A DNA stretch of 64,000 nt, from positions 1,536,001-1,600,000 of the forward strand of contig OY762654.1 of NCBI GenBank assembly GCA_963666205.1. Direction: 5' to 3'. Within the stretch, counting starts at the first letter, position 1. Each line of letters opens with the position of its first letter. The translations under genes and the position numbers were made by a program. The DNA comes from Synergistales bacterium (GTDB lineage Bacteria; Synergistota; Synergistia; Synergistales; JAFGMB01). This document shows positions 9,670 through 18,334 of the stretch, piece after piece. The notes below the pieces were generated by a model. It saw only the letters and a program-made list of their open reading frames with translations. It ran no database searches and was not told where the DNA came from.

Positions 9670-11066
9670 TCATGAATAAATCCGATGAAAACATGAAAGA
9701 GATTATATTATTACAGAGCTTCAAAAAATTATGTATTTTCGTTCTTGCAGTCGGGTTTGTGATCCTACTCATTGGCCGTCAGGCCTGGTCATCAGAAGGG
9801 TTATCCCTTCTGACCATTGAAACAGCCCTTGAGCTGGCCTCACAGAACAACCCGTTACTGTCCGCAGCACGGCAGCAGGTGAAACAGTCGGAGGAACAGC
9901 TGAACCAGGCAAAGTCTTCCCTCTATCCCTCCCTGGGTACGGAACTTATATACCAGAAGAGCGGAGAGGAACCTTTACTTCCGGTCTATGGAACAGACGG
10001 TTCCTACCTGGGCAATGCTGTCAACGGTTTTGAAGATACCTACAGGGCCGCCCTCAACTTCACCTACCTCCTCTATACAGGCGGGGCAGTAAAACACAGC
10101 GTCCAGGCAAAGGACCTGGAGCTGGAAGCTGTCAAAGCCAGGGTGAGGAGGACATACCAGGCAGTTGATAACAATGTTTACACTTCCTACTACAACCTCC
10201 AGCGGGCGAGGGCCCGCCTGTCAGTTGCAGAGGAGGCCCTTAACCTTGCAAAGGAACATCTCAGGGAAGTGACCCTCTTCTTCGAAAATGGAGTGGTGGC
10301 AAAGAACGAGGTGCTGAGGGTCCAGGTGGAGGTTTCCAACTCCGAGCTCAACCGTATCAAAGGGGCCAACAGCGTGGATGTGGCATGGTCGGCCCTGGAG
10401 AGGTCAGTGGGAGTGGATCTGAGGAATCGGTATGTACTGCCCGAAGGAGAAACATCCCCAGGCAGTTTCGAAATACCACAGAACCTTCAGGAAACGGCCT
10501 TTGATAACCGGCCTGAACTTAAGGCCCTCGATAGGTCCCGCCTCTCAGCCCTGGCCCTGTCGAAGGCAGCCGCAGGACAGGGCGGTCCACAGGTGGTGCT
10601 CAGGGGAGAGACTTACGTGGTGGATGATGAGTTCTTCCCGGAACTTCAGGATGACTGGAAGGTTTCCATAGCAGCCAGCTGGAAGTTATATGACGGAGGA
10701 CAGAGCCGGGCCAGGTCAGCGGAGGCGAAGGCTGCAGCGGATGAACTTCTCTACCGGTTAGAGGACCTGAAAAAGCAGATAGGCCTGGAGCTTTCAACGG
10801 CCCTTCTTAATCTCCGGTCGTCGGGTCAGCGGGTATCCGTAGCAAAGGATCAGGTGAAGAGCGCAGAAGAGGATTACCGCATGGCCCTCCGCCGTTACAG
10901 GTCCCAGGTGGGAACCAACCTGGATGTACTCGACTCCAGGGTCGCCCTCATAAACGCCCGCAACCAGCTGGTGGATTCCGTTTACGATGTCTTTCAATCC
11001 AGGGCTGATCTGCTTTTCGCACTCGGTCTGGATTCTTATTCCGTTACACCTCAGGGGGAACTGTAA
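9666..11066 (+). CDS. TolC-family outer membrane efflux protein
   Basis: ALELASQNNP, YPSL and LDVLDSR repeats; translationally coupled to its neighbours. Confidence 0.92.
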   Translation: MIMNKSDENMKEIILLQSFKKLCIFVLAVGFVILLIGRQAWSSEGLSLLTIETALELASQNNPLLSAARQQVKQSEEQLNQAKSSLYPSLGTELIYQKSGEEPLLPVYGTDGSYLGNAVNGFEDTYRAALNFTYLLYTGGAVKHSVQAKDLELEAVKARVRRTYQAVDNNVYTSYYNLQRARARLSVAEEALNLAKEHLREVTLFFENGVVAKNEVLRVQVEVSNSELNRIKGANSVDVAWSALERSVGVDLRNRYVLPEGETSPGSFEIPQNLQETAFDNRPELKALDRSRLSALALSKAAAGQGGPQVVLRGETYVVDDEFFPELQDDWKVSIAASWKLYDGGQSRARSAEAKAAADELLYRLEDLKKQIGLELSTALLNLRSSGQRVSVAKDQVKSAEEDYRMALRRYRSQVGTNLDVLDSRVALINARNQLVDSVYDVFQSRADLLFALGLDSYSVTPQGEL

Positions 11067-11686
11067 TGGCAAGAAACAGTCGTGAAGATGCTGAAAAAAC
11101 AAGATGCAAGATCCTTGGTACAGCTCTGGAACTCTTCTATGCAAGGGGTGTTCCAAGGGTGACCCTCACAGAAATAGCTCAAAAGGCTGGATACACCCGG
11201 GGGGCCATATACAGCCATTTTTCAAGTAAAGCGGAAATTCTCAGGGAACTGCTGATCCTTCAATCCGATATTCTTTCGAACCAGATCGATGAAATGATCT
11301 CTCCGGAAAATCCGCCTCTCTACAGTTTATTCCTCATATCAAAGGAAATGCTTCGTATGGTGGAAGAAAACAGGGAATTCGGATTGCTGGTAAGGGTAAT
11401 GTTTTACAGCCTTCATCTCCTTGAGGAACCTGAATTAAAGCAGACTACCCGGGATATCTTTCAAAAAAACATCCATCGGGACATGAGGTTACTTGAAAAG
11501 GCCCGGGAAAGGGGCGATTTGCGGGATGAACTTGATGTAGAGATCATAGCAAACTCTATTTCCTCCCTTATACAGGGTCTGCTTATGGATTGGGTATTCG
11601 ATAAAAATGAGTTTTCACTGAAAAGAGCATCCCATTCCCTGGAAATATTCTTCAGGGGCATACGGAAAGATTGTCTTTCTTCCTGA
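11066..11686 (+). CDS. TetR/AcrR-family regulator
   Basis: IAQKAGYTRGAIYSHF HTH; last gene of the efflux operon. Confidence 0.95.
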   Translation: MARNSREDAEKTRCKILGTALELFYARGVPRVTLTEIAQKAGYTRGAIYSHFSSKAEILRELLILQSDILSNQIDEMISPENPPLYSLFLISKEMLRMVEENREFGLLVRVMFYSLHLLEEPELKQTTRDIFQKNIHRDMRLLEKARERGDLRDELDVEIIANSISSLIQGLLMDWVFDKNEFSLKRASHSLEIFFRGIRKDCLSS

Positions 11687-11800
11687 TAAGTATTCAGAGT
11701 CATTCTGCACAAGTCCTCTATCCGTGGAGGAATTGTTCTTCTCTTTCACGGATTTTATCCTCTAAATGCACGACCTTTCATCATTTCCAACCTTTAGAAG

Positions 11801-11823
11801 GAAGTCCGGCATAGCCGGACTTC
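11801..11823 (+). terminator. Hairpin downstream of the efflux operon
   Basis: GAAGTCCGGC-ATA-GCCGGACTTC followed by a pyrimidine-rich tail. Confidence 0.6.
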
Positions 11824-11903
11824 CCTTTCCCAAGAGTTTGAAAAACAGGTCTAGCGGCAGTAACCCCTTAAGGTATTCCCTTTGACAACCTCTGTTTACC
11901 TGG

Positions 11904-11984
11904 ATATCCACAGGTTATCCACGAAATTTGTGGATAATTATGCTATTTTATGCAAAATAATCAGAAAATTGATAGAAATCCACA
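11904..11984. promoter_or_regulatory. Cluster of DnaA-box-like 9-mers
   Basis: ATATCCACA 11904, TTATCCACG 11915, perfect reverse TGTGGATAA 11929, AAATCCACA 11976; AT-rich tract follows. Confidence 0.5.
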
Positions 11985-12086
11985 TCTGATTATGATAAAT
12001 TAATCCTCAACAGATATAATATGTTTCTGAACCTGGAAATATTGTTTCTTCTATAAAAATGGCATATGTCAAAGGAGGTGCTGCAT

Positions 12087-12239
12087 ATGTGCGGCGGAAA
12101 TCACGATCATCACCATCCCCAGGTAATAAAAGTGTTCAAACCCGAACAGGACGGGGAATGCTGCTGTGAAATAAAAGCTGAAGAAGTTGAGATCAAAGAA
12201 TCCAACTGCGGATGCAATTGCACCTGCGGGAAAAAATAA
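12087..12239 (+). CDS. His/Cys-rich 50-aa peptide (metallothionein-like)
   Basis: AAAGGAGGTG RBS; MCGGNHDHHHPQVIKVFKPEQDGECCCEIKAEEVEIKESNCGCNCTCGKK*; terminator follows. Below the ORF-track size cut-off. Confidence 0.8.
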   Translation: MCGGNHDHHHPQVIKVFKPEQDGECCCEIKAEEVEIKESNCGCNCTCGKK

Positions 12240-12265
12240 CTCCTTCTTCCAAGTGAATTATCAGC

Positions 12266-12293
12266 AAAGGCCGGGCAAATGCCCGGCCTTTTT
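12266..12293. terminator. Bidirectional intrinsic terminator
   Basis: AAAGGCCGGGC-AAAT-GCCCGGCCTTTTT between convergent genes. Confidence 0.85.
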
Positions 12294-12294
12294 C

Positions 12295-12792
12295 CTATTC
12301 CGTTCGATTCCTGGTCTTTGTCCTTATCTTTCCAATCCTGCTGCTGACAGCCTGCTGGGTAATTCCGAGTTTCCGGGCTATCTCCTTCTGCAGATAGCCG
12401 AAGGCAACCATTTTCAGTATATCCTTTTCATCGCCTTCCATTAAATCAAAGATGCTGTCGGCCATCCCTGGAAGCTGCATTTCTGATCCAGGCTCCATTC
12501 CCGCATCTATCAGCTGATCCAGATCTATGGTTTCCCTCTTCCTAAGCCTTCTGGCTGCATTTCGGACCTTGGCGGGAAGCTGGCGCTTCAGGAAAAGGGG
12601 CAAAACTCTGGAAGAAGTACACCTTGGAGCAAGTTTAATAAGGGCAAGATACCCTTCCTGAACCAGATCTTCGTACTCCGCTCCCCTGCCTTCATATCTT
12701 TTAGCAAGGGCCTTGACCAGAGGAGTGAACTGTTCTGTCAATTGCTGCATTTCTTTGTCGCTGTAATTTTTTTTCTTAAGACTCGTATTCAA
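12295..12792 (-). CDS. Small sigma-70 family RNA polymerase sigma factor (regions 2 and 4)
   Basis: EYEDLVQEGYLALI (region 2); QKEIARKLGITQQAVS (region 4 HTH); TTG start with GAGGGGG RBS. Confidence 0.9.
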   Translation of the reverse strand: MNTSLKKKNYSDKEMQQLTEQFTPLVKALAKRYEGRGAEYEDLVQEGYLALIKLAPRCTSSRVLPLFLKRQLPAKVRNAARRLRKRETIDLDQLIDAGMEPGSEMQLPGMADSIFDLMEGDEKDILKMVAFGYLQKEIARKLGITQQAVSSRIGKIRTKTRNRTE

Positions 12793-12809
12793 ATTTCCCC
12801 CTCGTTTTA

Positions 12810-13151
12810 TCAGCGAATACCCAGATGAACAAAATTCCGTTTATCGTAAGTTATGACTGAATCAAAACCCACAACTCGAGCGCATTCCTGAAAGACTTTC
12901 TGTTCAGGCCAGAAAACCACTACATCTACTGCAAGACCCTTTCGATGAAGACTGTGAGGAACTCCTCCCACCTCCTGATTGTGTTTTTCACAACGATAAC
13001 CACTTGTAATGAACAATGGCTTTTTCCATATCTCCCGTAAATCTTCGAGTTTATCTACCAGGCGTGTATGGACCCTGGTACAGAGGCAGCATGGACACTG
13101 AAACTCACGCATGTTGAAATGGTCGGAAAGCCTGAAATCATTGATCCCCAG
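12810..13151 (-). CDS. Peptidase M15 family zinc peptidase (endolysin-like)
   Basis: EFQCPC, ITSGYRCEKHN, SLHxxGxAVD and FVHLG motifs. The frame is open upstream of ATG 13112 to a CTG at 13151. Confidence 0.88.
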   Translation of the reverse strand: MGINDFRLSDHFNMREFQCPCCLCTRVHTRLVDKLEDLREIWKKPLFITSGYRCEKHNQEVGGVPHSLHRKGLAVDVVVFWPEQKVFQECARVVGFDSVITYDKRNFVHLGIR

Positions 13152-13302
13152 ATTTCAGTACCCCCTGGCCCGCTATGGCGAATCGAAGTTCGGATATAGC
13201 CTGGGTCAGATCTTCCAGGCGCTTTTCCATACGCACCAGCAGATAGGCTGATACTGCTACGGCAAAGCCGCTCTGGATGGCTGATGAGACAAATTCTTCC
13301 AA
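13138..13302 (-). CDS. YvrJ-like small membrane protein (holin-like)
   Basis: MEEFVSSAIQSGFAVAVSAYLLVRMEKRLEDLTQAISEL resembles YvrJ (GFPIxVxxYLLVRxEKKL). TTG start at 13302 after GGGGGG; the ORF-track N-terminal extension is unlikely. Confidence 0.82.
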   Translation of the reverse strand: MEEFVSSAIQSGFAVAVSAYLLVRMEKRLEDLTQAISELRFAIAGQGVLKSGDQ

Positions 13303-13321
13303 CTTAATACCCCCCATATCA

Positions 13322-13407
13322 ATTTTGGATTTTAGATTAAAAACAAAAGTCAAAACCTGTTTAGATTTGCGATTTGAGATCAAATGCCAAATTCTCGCGC
13401 AGGATGG
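13322..13407. repeat. Dispersed non-coding element, copy A (related to 62487-62726)
   Basis: 13322-13353 matches 62487-62518 at 30/32; further shared 12-16-nt blocks. Confidence 0.7.
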
Positions 13408-13527
13408 GTTGTAAATGCGTCTTAAAGTCTTTGCATGATTGCCTACGGTCCGTCCCTCCACGGTTTTGTCAGTGATTTTTGACGGATTTGTGGCGTACTT
13501 CAGCCCATCACCTCTGCCTGAAAGCCG

Positions 13528-13555
13528 GATGGGCAAGGAATTAACCCTGCCCATC
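13528..13555 (-). terminator. Hairpin after the DUF2922-like gene
   Basis: GATGGGCAAGG-AATTAA-CCCTGCCCATC; no clear U-tail. Confidence 0.5.
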
Positions 13556-13576
13556 GCAGTTTTATATCAGCGCACC

Positions 13577-13780
13577 TTAGCCGATAAGCTCGGTTACGGT
13601 GTTTTCATTTATTTCGGCACTCAAAATGGAATTGATATCATCCACAAAAATGGAATTGTCGATGATGGACTGCATCGCTGCCTGCACCTCGGCAGGAGTA
13701 AGGCCATCCTTGGGGTACTTTAAGGAAATTGACATGGTGTCATTGTCACTTGTTCCAAATACCATTCTCAGAGTTTTCAA
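13577..13780 (-). CDS. DUF2922-like small protein
   Basis: MKTLRMVF...ISLKYPKDGLTPAEVQAAMQSII pattern; GGAGGTGA RBS. Confidence 0.82.
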   Translation of the reverse strand: MKTLRMVFGTSDNDTMSISLKYPKDGLTPAEVQAAMQSIIDNSIFVDDINSILSAEINENTVTELIG

Positions 13781-13822
13781 TATCTCACCTCCCCTGCATT
13801 AAAAATGTCACTGCCATGATAC

Positions 13823-14044
13823 TTAAACAGCTATGACCGCGTCGGTGTCGATCTTCTGGGTTGTATAAAGGGGAACGTTGATAACACCGGCAAGGGCTGA
13901 AGCCACTGCCTCCACTGCATCTGCCGTGGCAGCGGAATTAACTCCTCGCAGAGTCTGACTTGAAAGCTGAGGTTTGCCCCACTCGTCGGACCCGACCTGA
14001 AGCTTCAGGACAAGCTTGCTTTCCACTGGCTGAAAATTGGCCAT
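13823..14044 (-). CDS. DUF1659-like small protein
   Basis: SKLVLKLQVGxDxxGKP...VNSAATADAVEAVASALAG pattern; GGAGGTGA RBS. Confidence 0.82.
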   Translation of the reverse strand: MANFQPVESKLVLKLQVGSDEWGKPQLSSQTLRGVNSAATADAVEAVASALAGVINVPLYTTQKIDTDAVIAV

Positions 14045-14238
14045 CTTTTATCACCTCCAAAAATTTTATTTGACATCTATAAGAGTGCACCTGAAATCAT
14101 ATATATACAAATAGTAAATATAAATTTCTTTCTGTTGTCAATCAGAAATCCATAACCAGCCACTTCCGAATTGACTGGCACCCCATCTTTGGACTAATAT
14201 CAGAGAGTTTGAAATTGATTCTCAGGAGGAAACACACA

Positions 14239-14823
14239 ATGAAATGTCATCTTTGCGAAGAAAAACCCTGCCGGAAGGGAGAACCGTGTATCGAAAAGGA
14301 TAGCCGCCATCTCTATGAAGATCCTCTGGACCGAAAGCTTCTGAAGGTTGCCGCGGAAGTTGAAGCCCTTTATTACGAACAGATATGCAGGGTCGATGAG
14401 ATCATGGAGTTCTCCAGGAGAATGGGTTTTAAAAAAATAGGGATCGCTTTCTGTGTTGGACTTGCAAAGGAAGCACGTATAATAGGTGAAATATTTTCCA
14501 GAGAGTTCGAGGTTCATTCAGTATGCTGCAAGGTGGGAGGCATGGCAAAGGCCGATTTTGATATGCCTGCTCCAACATGGCTTGGCAGCACCACATGCAA
14601 CCCCGCAGAGCAGGCTAATGTTCTCAACGAAGAAGGTACAGACTTCAACGTGGTACTGGGACTATGTGTAGGCCATGATTCTCTCTTTTACAAACACTCC
14701 AAGGCACCGGTCACAACCCTTGTAACAAAGGACCGCAAACTTGGACATAACCCCGTGGCTGCCATCTACTGCCCCTACATCGTCCGCCACCTGGGAGATA
14801 AACCGAAGGAAAGAACTGAATAG
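14239..14823 (+). CDS. DUF1847-family metal-binding protein
   Basis: KKIGIAFCVGL, SVCCKVG, CNPAEQA, GLCVGHDSLF and KDRKLGHNP motifs; AGGAGGA RBS. Confidence 0.88.
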   Translation: MKCHLCEEKPCRKGEPCIEKDSRHLYEDPLDRKLLKVAAEVEALYYEQICRVDEIMEFSRRMGFKKIGIAFCVGLAKEARIIGEIFSREFEVHSVCCKVGGMAKADFDMPAPTWLGSTTCNPAEQANVLNEEGTDFNVVLGLCVGHDSLFYKHSKAPVTTLVTKDRKLGHNPVAAIYCPYIVRHLGDKPKERTE

Positions 14824-14930
14824 CTGATAATTCAGGATAAAAGAGAGCCCGACTTTTAAAATTGGCCAGGATCTCTTTTATCCTGAGGTTATATCCACTT
14901 TATCCAGGATAGATTTTTTGAGCAGATAGA

Positions 14931-16127
14931 TCATTCTCTGGAAATAGAATCATAAAAGAATTCTTTAATGAAAAAGATACATACCCCCGCACACAGCATT
15001 GTTCCGATCATAAGATAGCTGAATCTTATGGCTGGATCATTGAAAGCTCTTCCCATGAAATCCAGGAAAACAGGAGAAGTAAACTGGCCAAGAAATATCA
15101 TGGCGCTTAAAGTTGCCATGGCCTTAACTGTCTGATCCCCTGGTACGGAGTTGGAAGCCTTGAGAAAAACGTATGGATACAGGGACCTGTTCGCGAAACC
15201 TATGAGAAAACTTCCTCCAAAGACCATCCAGAGGGCAAGTGAAAAATGGAGGGTAAAAAAACCGATGGCCATAAGAGACAGCATGGCTGAAAGGAAGTGT
15301 TTTCCCGATAACCTGTGAGTCGTGTGAAGGAAAAGACCGGCAAAGAATCCTGCAAGGGTAGAACAGGCAACGGCCGTTCCTGCCTCCCTGGAAGTACCAA
15401 GGGCACTCTCCTTCAGAAAAAATGCCATGGTTGGAGGAAGGGCGAAAAAGACTAAATTAAGGCAGAACATACCCACAGCAAGGCAGTATATGGAAAAGGG
15501 AAGCCTGGTTCTATGTGAATCAGGAGAAGGATGTTCTGGAGGTTCGGGAATAAATAACCACGCCATAACCAGGACTGGAAGGGCAAAGAGATATATAAGG
15601 AAAGAATACCTCCAGTGAAAACTGGCCAGATAACCCGAGAGAACCAGAGAGACGAAACCTCCAAGCATGTTGGAAGAACTGGACATACCCATAAGTCTTG
15701 CCCGTTCCCTGTCTTCAAAAAAATCAGAAATTAGAGCGGTGGAAAGGGGCATTACAAGGCCTACTCCTATTCCAAGGATTACCCTGGATAAAAGCAGTGA
15801 CAAGATTCCCGGCGCTACAACGCCTCCAAGACCTCCCGCTATATAAACAAGAAGCCCTGTAAGAAGAATGATTCTTTTGGGGAATTTCCCCACAAGCCAG
15901 CTGGATACAAAGAGAAAGGGGATCATTACCAGGGCGGGGAGAGTCGCCACAAACTGGACGGTAAGTCTCTCTGCCTGAGGGAAAGCTGCGGCTATAACTC
16001 CCAGGGCAGGAGAAACTGCTGCCCCGGCCATTACAGTGAGGAGAGACAGGGAAAGAACTGCCGGCTGAAGGAATCTTCTATATTTTGAATTCAATACTCT
16101 CATACTCCTCTGTCTGTTGGATTTCAC
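14931..16127 (-). CDS. MFS transporter
   Basis: About 12 TM segments, RVILGIGVG and LISDFFEDRER motifs; start may be ATG 16103. Confidence 0.92.
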   Translation of the reverse strand: MKSNRQRSMRVLNSKYRRFLQPAVLSLSLLTVMAGAAVSPALGVIAAAFPQAERLTVQFVATLPALVMIPFLFVSSWLVGKFPKRIILLTGLLVYIAGGLGGVVAPGILSLLLSRVILGIGVGLVMPLSTALISDFFEDRERARLMGMSSSSNMLGGFVSLVLSGYLASFHWRYSFLIYLFALPVLVMAWLFIPEPPEHPSPDSHRTRLPFSIYCLAVGMFCLNLVFFALPPTMAFFLKESALGTSREAGTAVACSTLAGFFAGLFLHTTHRLSGKHFLSAMLSLMAIGFFTLHFSLALWMVFGGSFLIGFANRSLYPYVFLKASNSVPGDQTVKAMATLSAMIFLGQFTSPVFLDFMGRAFNDPAIRFSYLMIGTMLCAGVCIFFIKEFFYDSISRE

Positions 16128-16216
16128 AAAGAAAAACCTGCTCTATTGTTTCATATTTAACAGACAGTTATTCTCCCACATATAAATAAAAAAGGACAGA
16201 AAAATGATGATCTTTC

Positions 16217-16996
16217 TCAGACCTTCTCAGCCGGACCCTCTTCCAGAAAGGATCGGAAATCCCTTACGATCTCAGGAAGGGTCTTATCCATCTCTCCCCG
16301 GCATATCTGTTCAAGTGCACGCCGTTTCTGGATAAAAGCATCCTCTATCTGTTCAATAATATAATTACACATTTCATCATCGGTCTGGTTGAAGAAGCGC
16401 TCCTCAAAGGCTATCGCTTCCTTTCTTATGCCAAAATCTATAAGACCCATGGGGAGCATGTCAAAAATGCTGTGAAGAGAAGAATAAACTCTTTTGTGAT
16501 CAACATCATCCCATTGCTGCTGAATTATCTCCCTTGCCCTCTGAGATCTGAGATCATGAAATTCGGGCCTGAGGGCTTCGTATACCTTTTTCTGGAAATC
16601 TTCCCTTATCTGACGGGCCCTGGCAAGGAAATTTGACGCCTCCCTTCTCAGGAGCAGCGCTGCCGGATTATCCTTTCCACCCTTTGCCAGAACACCGGAT
16701 ATTTCAGAGCGTAACCTTACCTCAACGTCCTTGTTGAGTTCAAAGGAATCATCGGGATTTCGAAAGAGGATACCCTGGCAGGAAAGATTTTCCAGAATGT
16801 CCTTGAGACAATTATTATTTTCCTGGCCTGCGGAGTAATCTTCCTTCCCGCAAAGACAGGTTTCACAAAGCCTCTGCTGTATTTTTTCATTTGAGAGGGG
16901 GTGCTCCATACATAAAAGGAAAAGGATCCTTGGCGTGATGTGTTGTGTAAGAAATTCAGGATCCGTTCTGCTTAAGGATCTGATGTGATCTTTCAT
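16217..16996 (-). CDS. Hypothetical protein
   Basis: 259-aa ORF with GAGGAGGAG RBS; no family recognised. Confidence 0.7.
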   Translation of the reverse strand: MKDHIRSLSRTDPEFLTQHITPRILFLLCMEHPLSNEKIQQRLCETCLCGKEDYSAGQENNNCLKDILENLSCQGILFRNPDDSFELNKDVEVRLRSEISGVLAKGGKDNPAALLLRREASNFLARARQIREDFQKKVYEALRPEFHDLRSQRAREIIQQQWDDVDHKRVYSSLHSIFDMLPMGLIDFGIRKEAIAFEERFFNQTDDEMCNYIIEQIEDAFIQKRRALEQICRGEMDKTLPEIVRDFRSFLEEGPAEKV

Positions 16997-17193
16997 TACG
17001 ATCTCCTCCTCTTTGATGTAACAGATCGAACTTCTTCTCTAACAGTATAAACGTATTTATCCTTTATAGAAAAAAATGAATAACGCCTCCAGGGCAAGAA
17101 GAAGCTGTGCTGAGAATAAACCGTTAAAGATATTGAGGAAAAGACAAGGGGAACCCTTCCCTTGGGCTCCCCTTGTTAATTCAGACTCCTTAA

Positions 17194-18021
17194 TTAGAAT
17201 ATTTCCTCAAAAAACAGGTTCATGGCCTCCCATGACCGTCTATCCGCATCAGCATTGTAGGCAGAACCCCTCGAAGGGTCATCCCCGGCTCCAGGGTTTG
17301 TAAAACTGTGAACTGCATTGCCATACATTATCAGTTGCCAGTCTACTTCAGCATCCTCCATCTCCTTACGGAAATCCATTACCTGTTCCATGGGTACATT
17401 GGGATCTGCCGCACCATGTAGAACCAGAATCTTTGCCTTTATATTCCCGGCATCTTTTGGGTCTGGCGTATCAAGGTTGCCGTGAAAACTTACCGCACCA
17501 AGAATGTCAGATCCACTTCTGGCCTGTTCCAGGGCAACTCCTCCACCAAAACAATATCCGATTGTTGCTATCCTGTCAGGGTAAACCTGAGGAAGTTTTT
17601 TAATCTCGGTTAGAGCAGCATTTGCCCTTTCTCTCATAAGGACACGATCCTTTCGGTAAATGCCCGCCTGTCTGGCCGATTCTTCCCTGTTAGAAGGACG
17701 AACACCTTTGCCATAAATATCAGCAGCAAAGGCAAAATAACCAAGTTCCGCAAGCATGCGACATCTTTCGAGGATCTGGGGATTGATCCCGTTCCACTCA
17801 TGAACAACGATTATTCCCGGTCTTTTGCCTTCCATTTCCTCATCCCAGGCGACAAAACCTTCCAGAACCGTTCCTTTGTGGCTGTATTCATGGTACTTCT
17901 CCTTTATCATGGATGATTCACCTCCGGATACTGCGGCAAGGAGCAATATAAATACAATGACAGGTATGTAAACAACAGGAAAAAGTCTCTGATACATTTC
18001 TCTCATTCCTCCTTTATACAA
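17194..18021 (-). CDS. Dienelactone hydrolase family protein
   Basis: HEWNG, GYCFGG nucleophile elbow, HGAADP and AVHSFTNP motifs; N-terminal signal or TM. Confidence 0.93.
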   Translation of the reverse strand: MYKGGMREMYQRLFPVVYIPVIVFILLLAAVSGGESSMIKEKYHEYSHKGTVLEGFVAWDEEMEGKRPGIIVVHEWNGINPQILERCRMLAELGYFAFAADIYGKGVRPSNREESARQAGIYRKDRVLMRERANAALTEIKKLPQVYPDRIATIGYCFGGGVALEQARSGSDILGAVSFHGNLDTPDPKDAGNIKAKILVLHGAADPNVPMEQVMDFRKEMEDAEVDWQLIMYGNAVHSFTNPGAGDDPSRGSAYNADADRRSWEAMNLFFEEIF

Positions 18022-18334
18022 GCACTCTTCTAACTATCTAATTATACAAGCATATAGGCGGCTTGATAAAGATTCACAAGATAATATTTCAATAAGACAT
18101 CTTATAAGAAGAACAAAAAAAGGGCCGGATTTCTCCGGCCCTTAAAAAGGGGAGGTTGCTCAAATCTTGGCGCTTCATAAGTGTTTATTATTCAATGCAA
18201 TTATTTTGTCTATATAACTTAATGTTAAGTATAACAAACATTTTTAATAACGCAATGACTAGAAATTGCCCTCAATACCCTTGGAGAGTATTTATTGCCG
18301 GTATTTGCACAAATACTTTCATTTTCAGATATTT

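Noticed and set aside
13303-13554. N-terminal extension of the YvrJ-like ORF to 138 aa
   Set aside because: It runs through a hairpin and a dispersed repeat; a better TTG start with SD exists at 13302.
12295-14044. Prophage
   Set aside because: No integrase, terminase, capsid, tail or att sites nearby.
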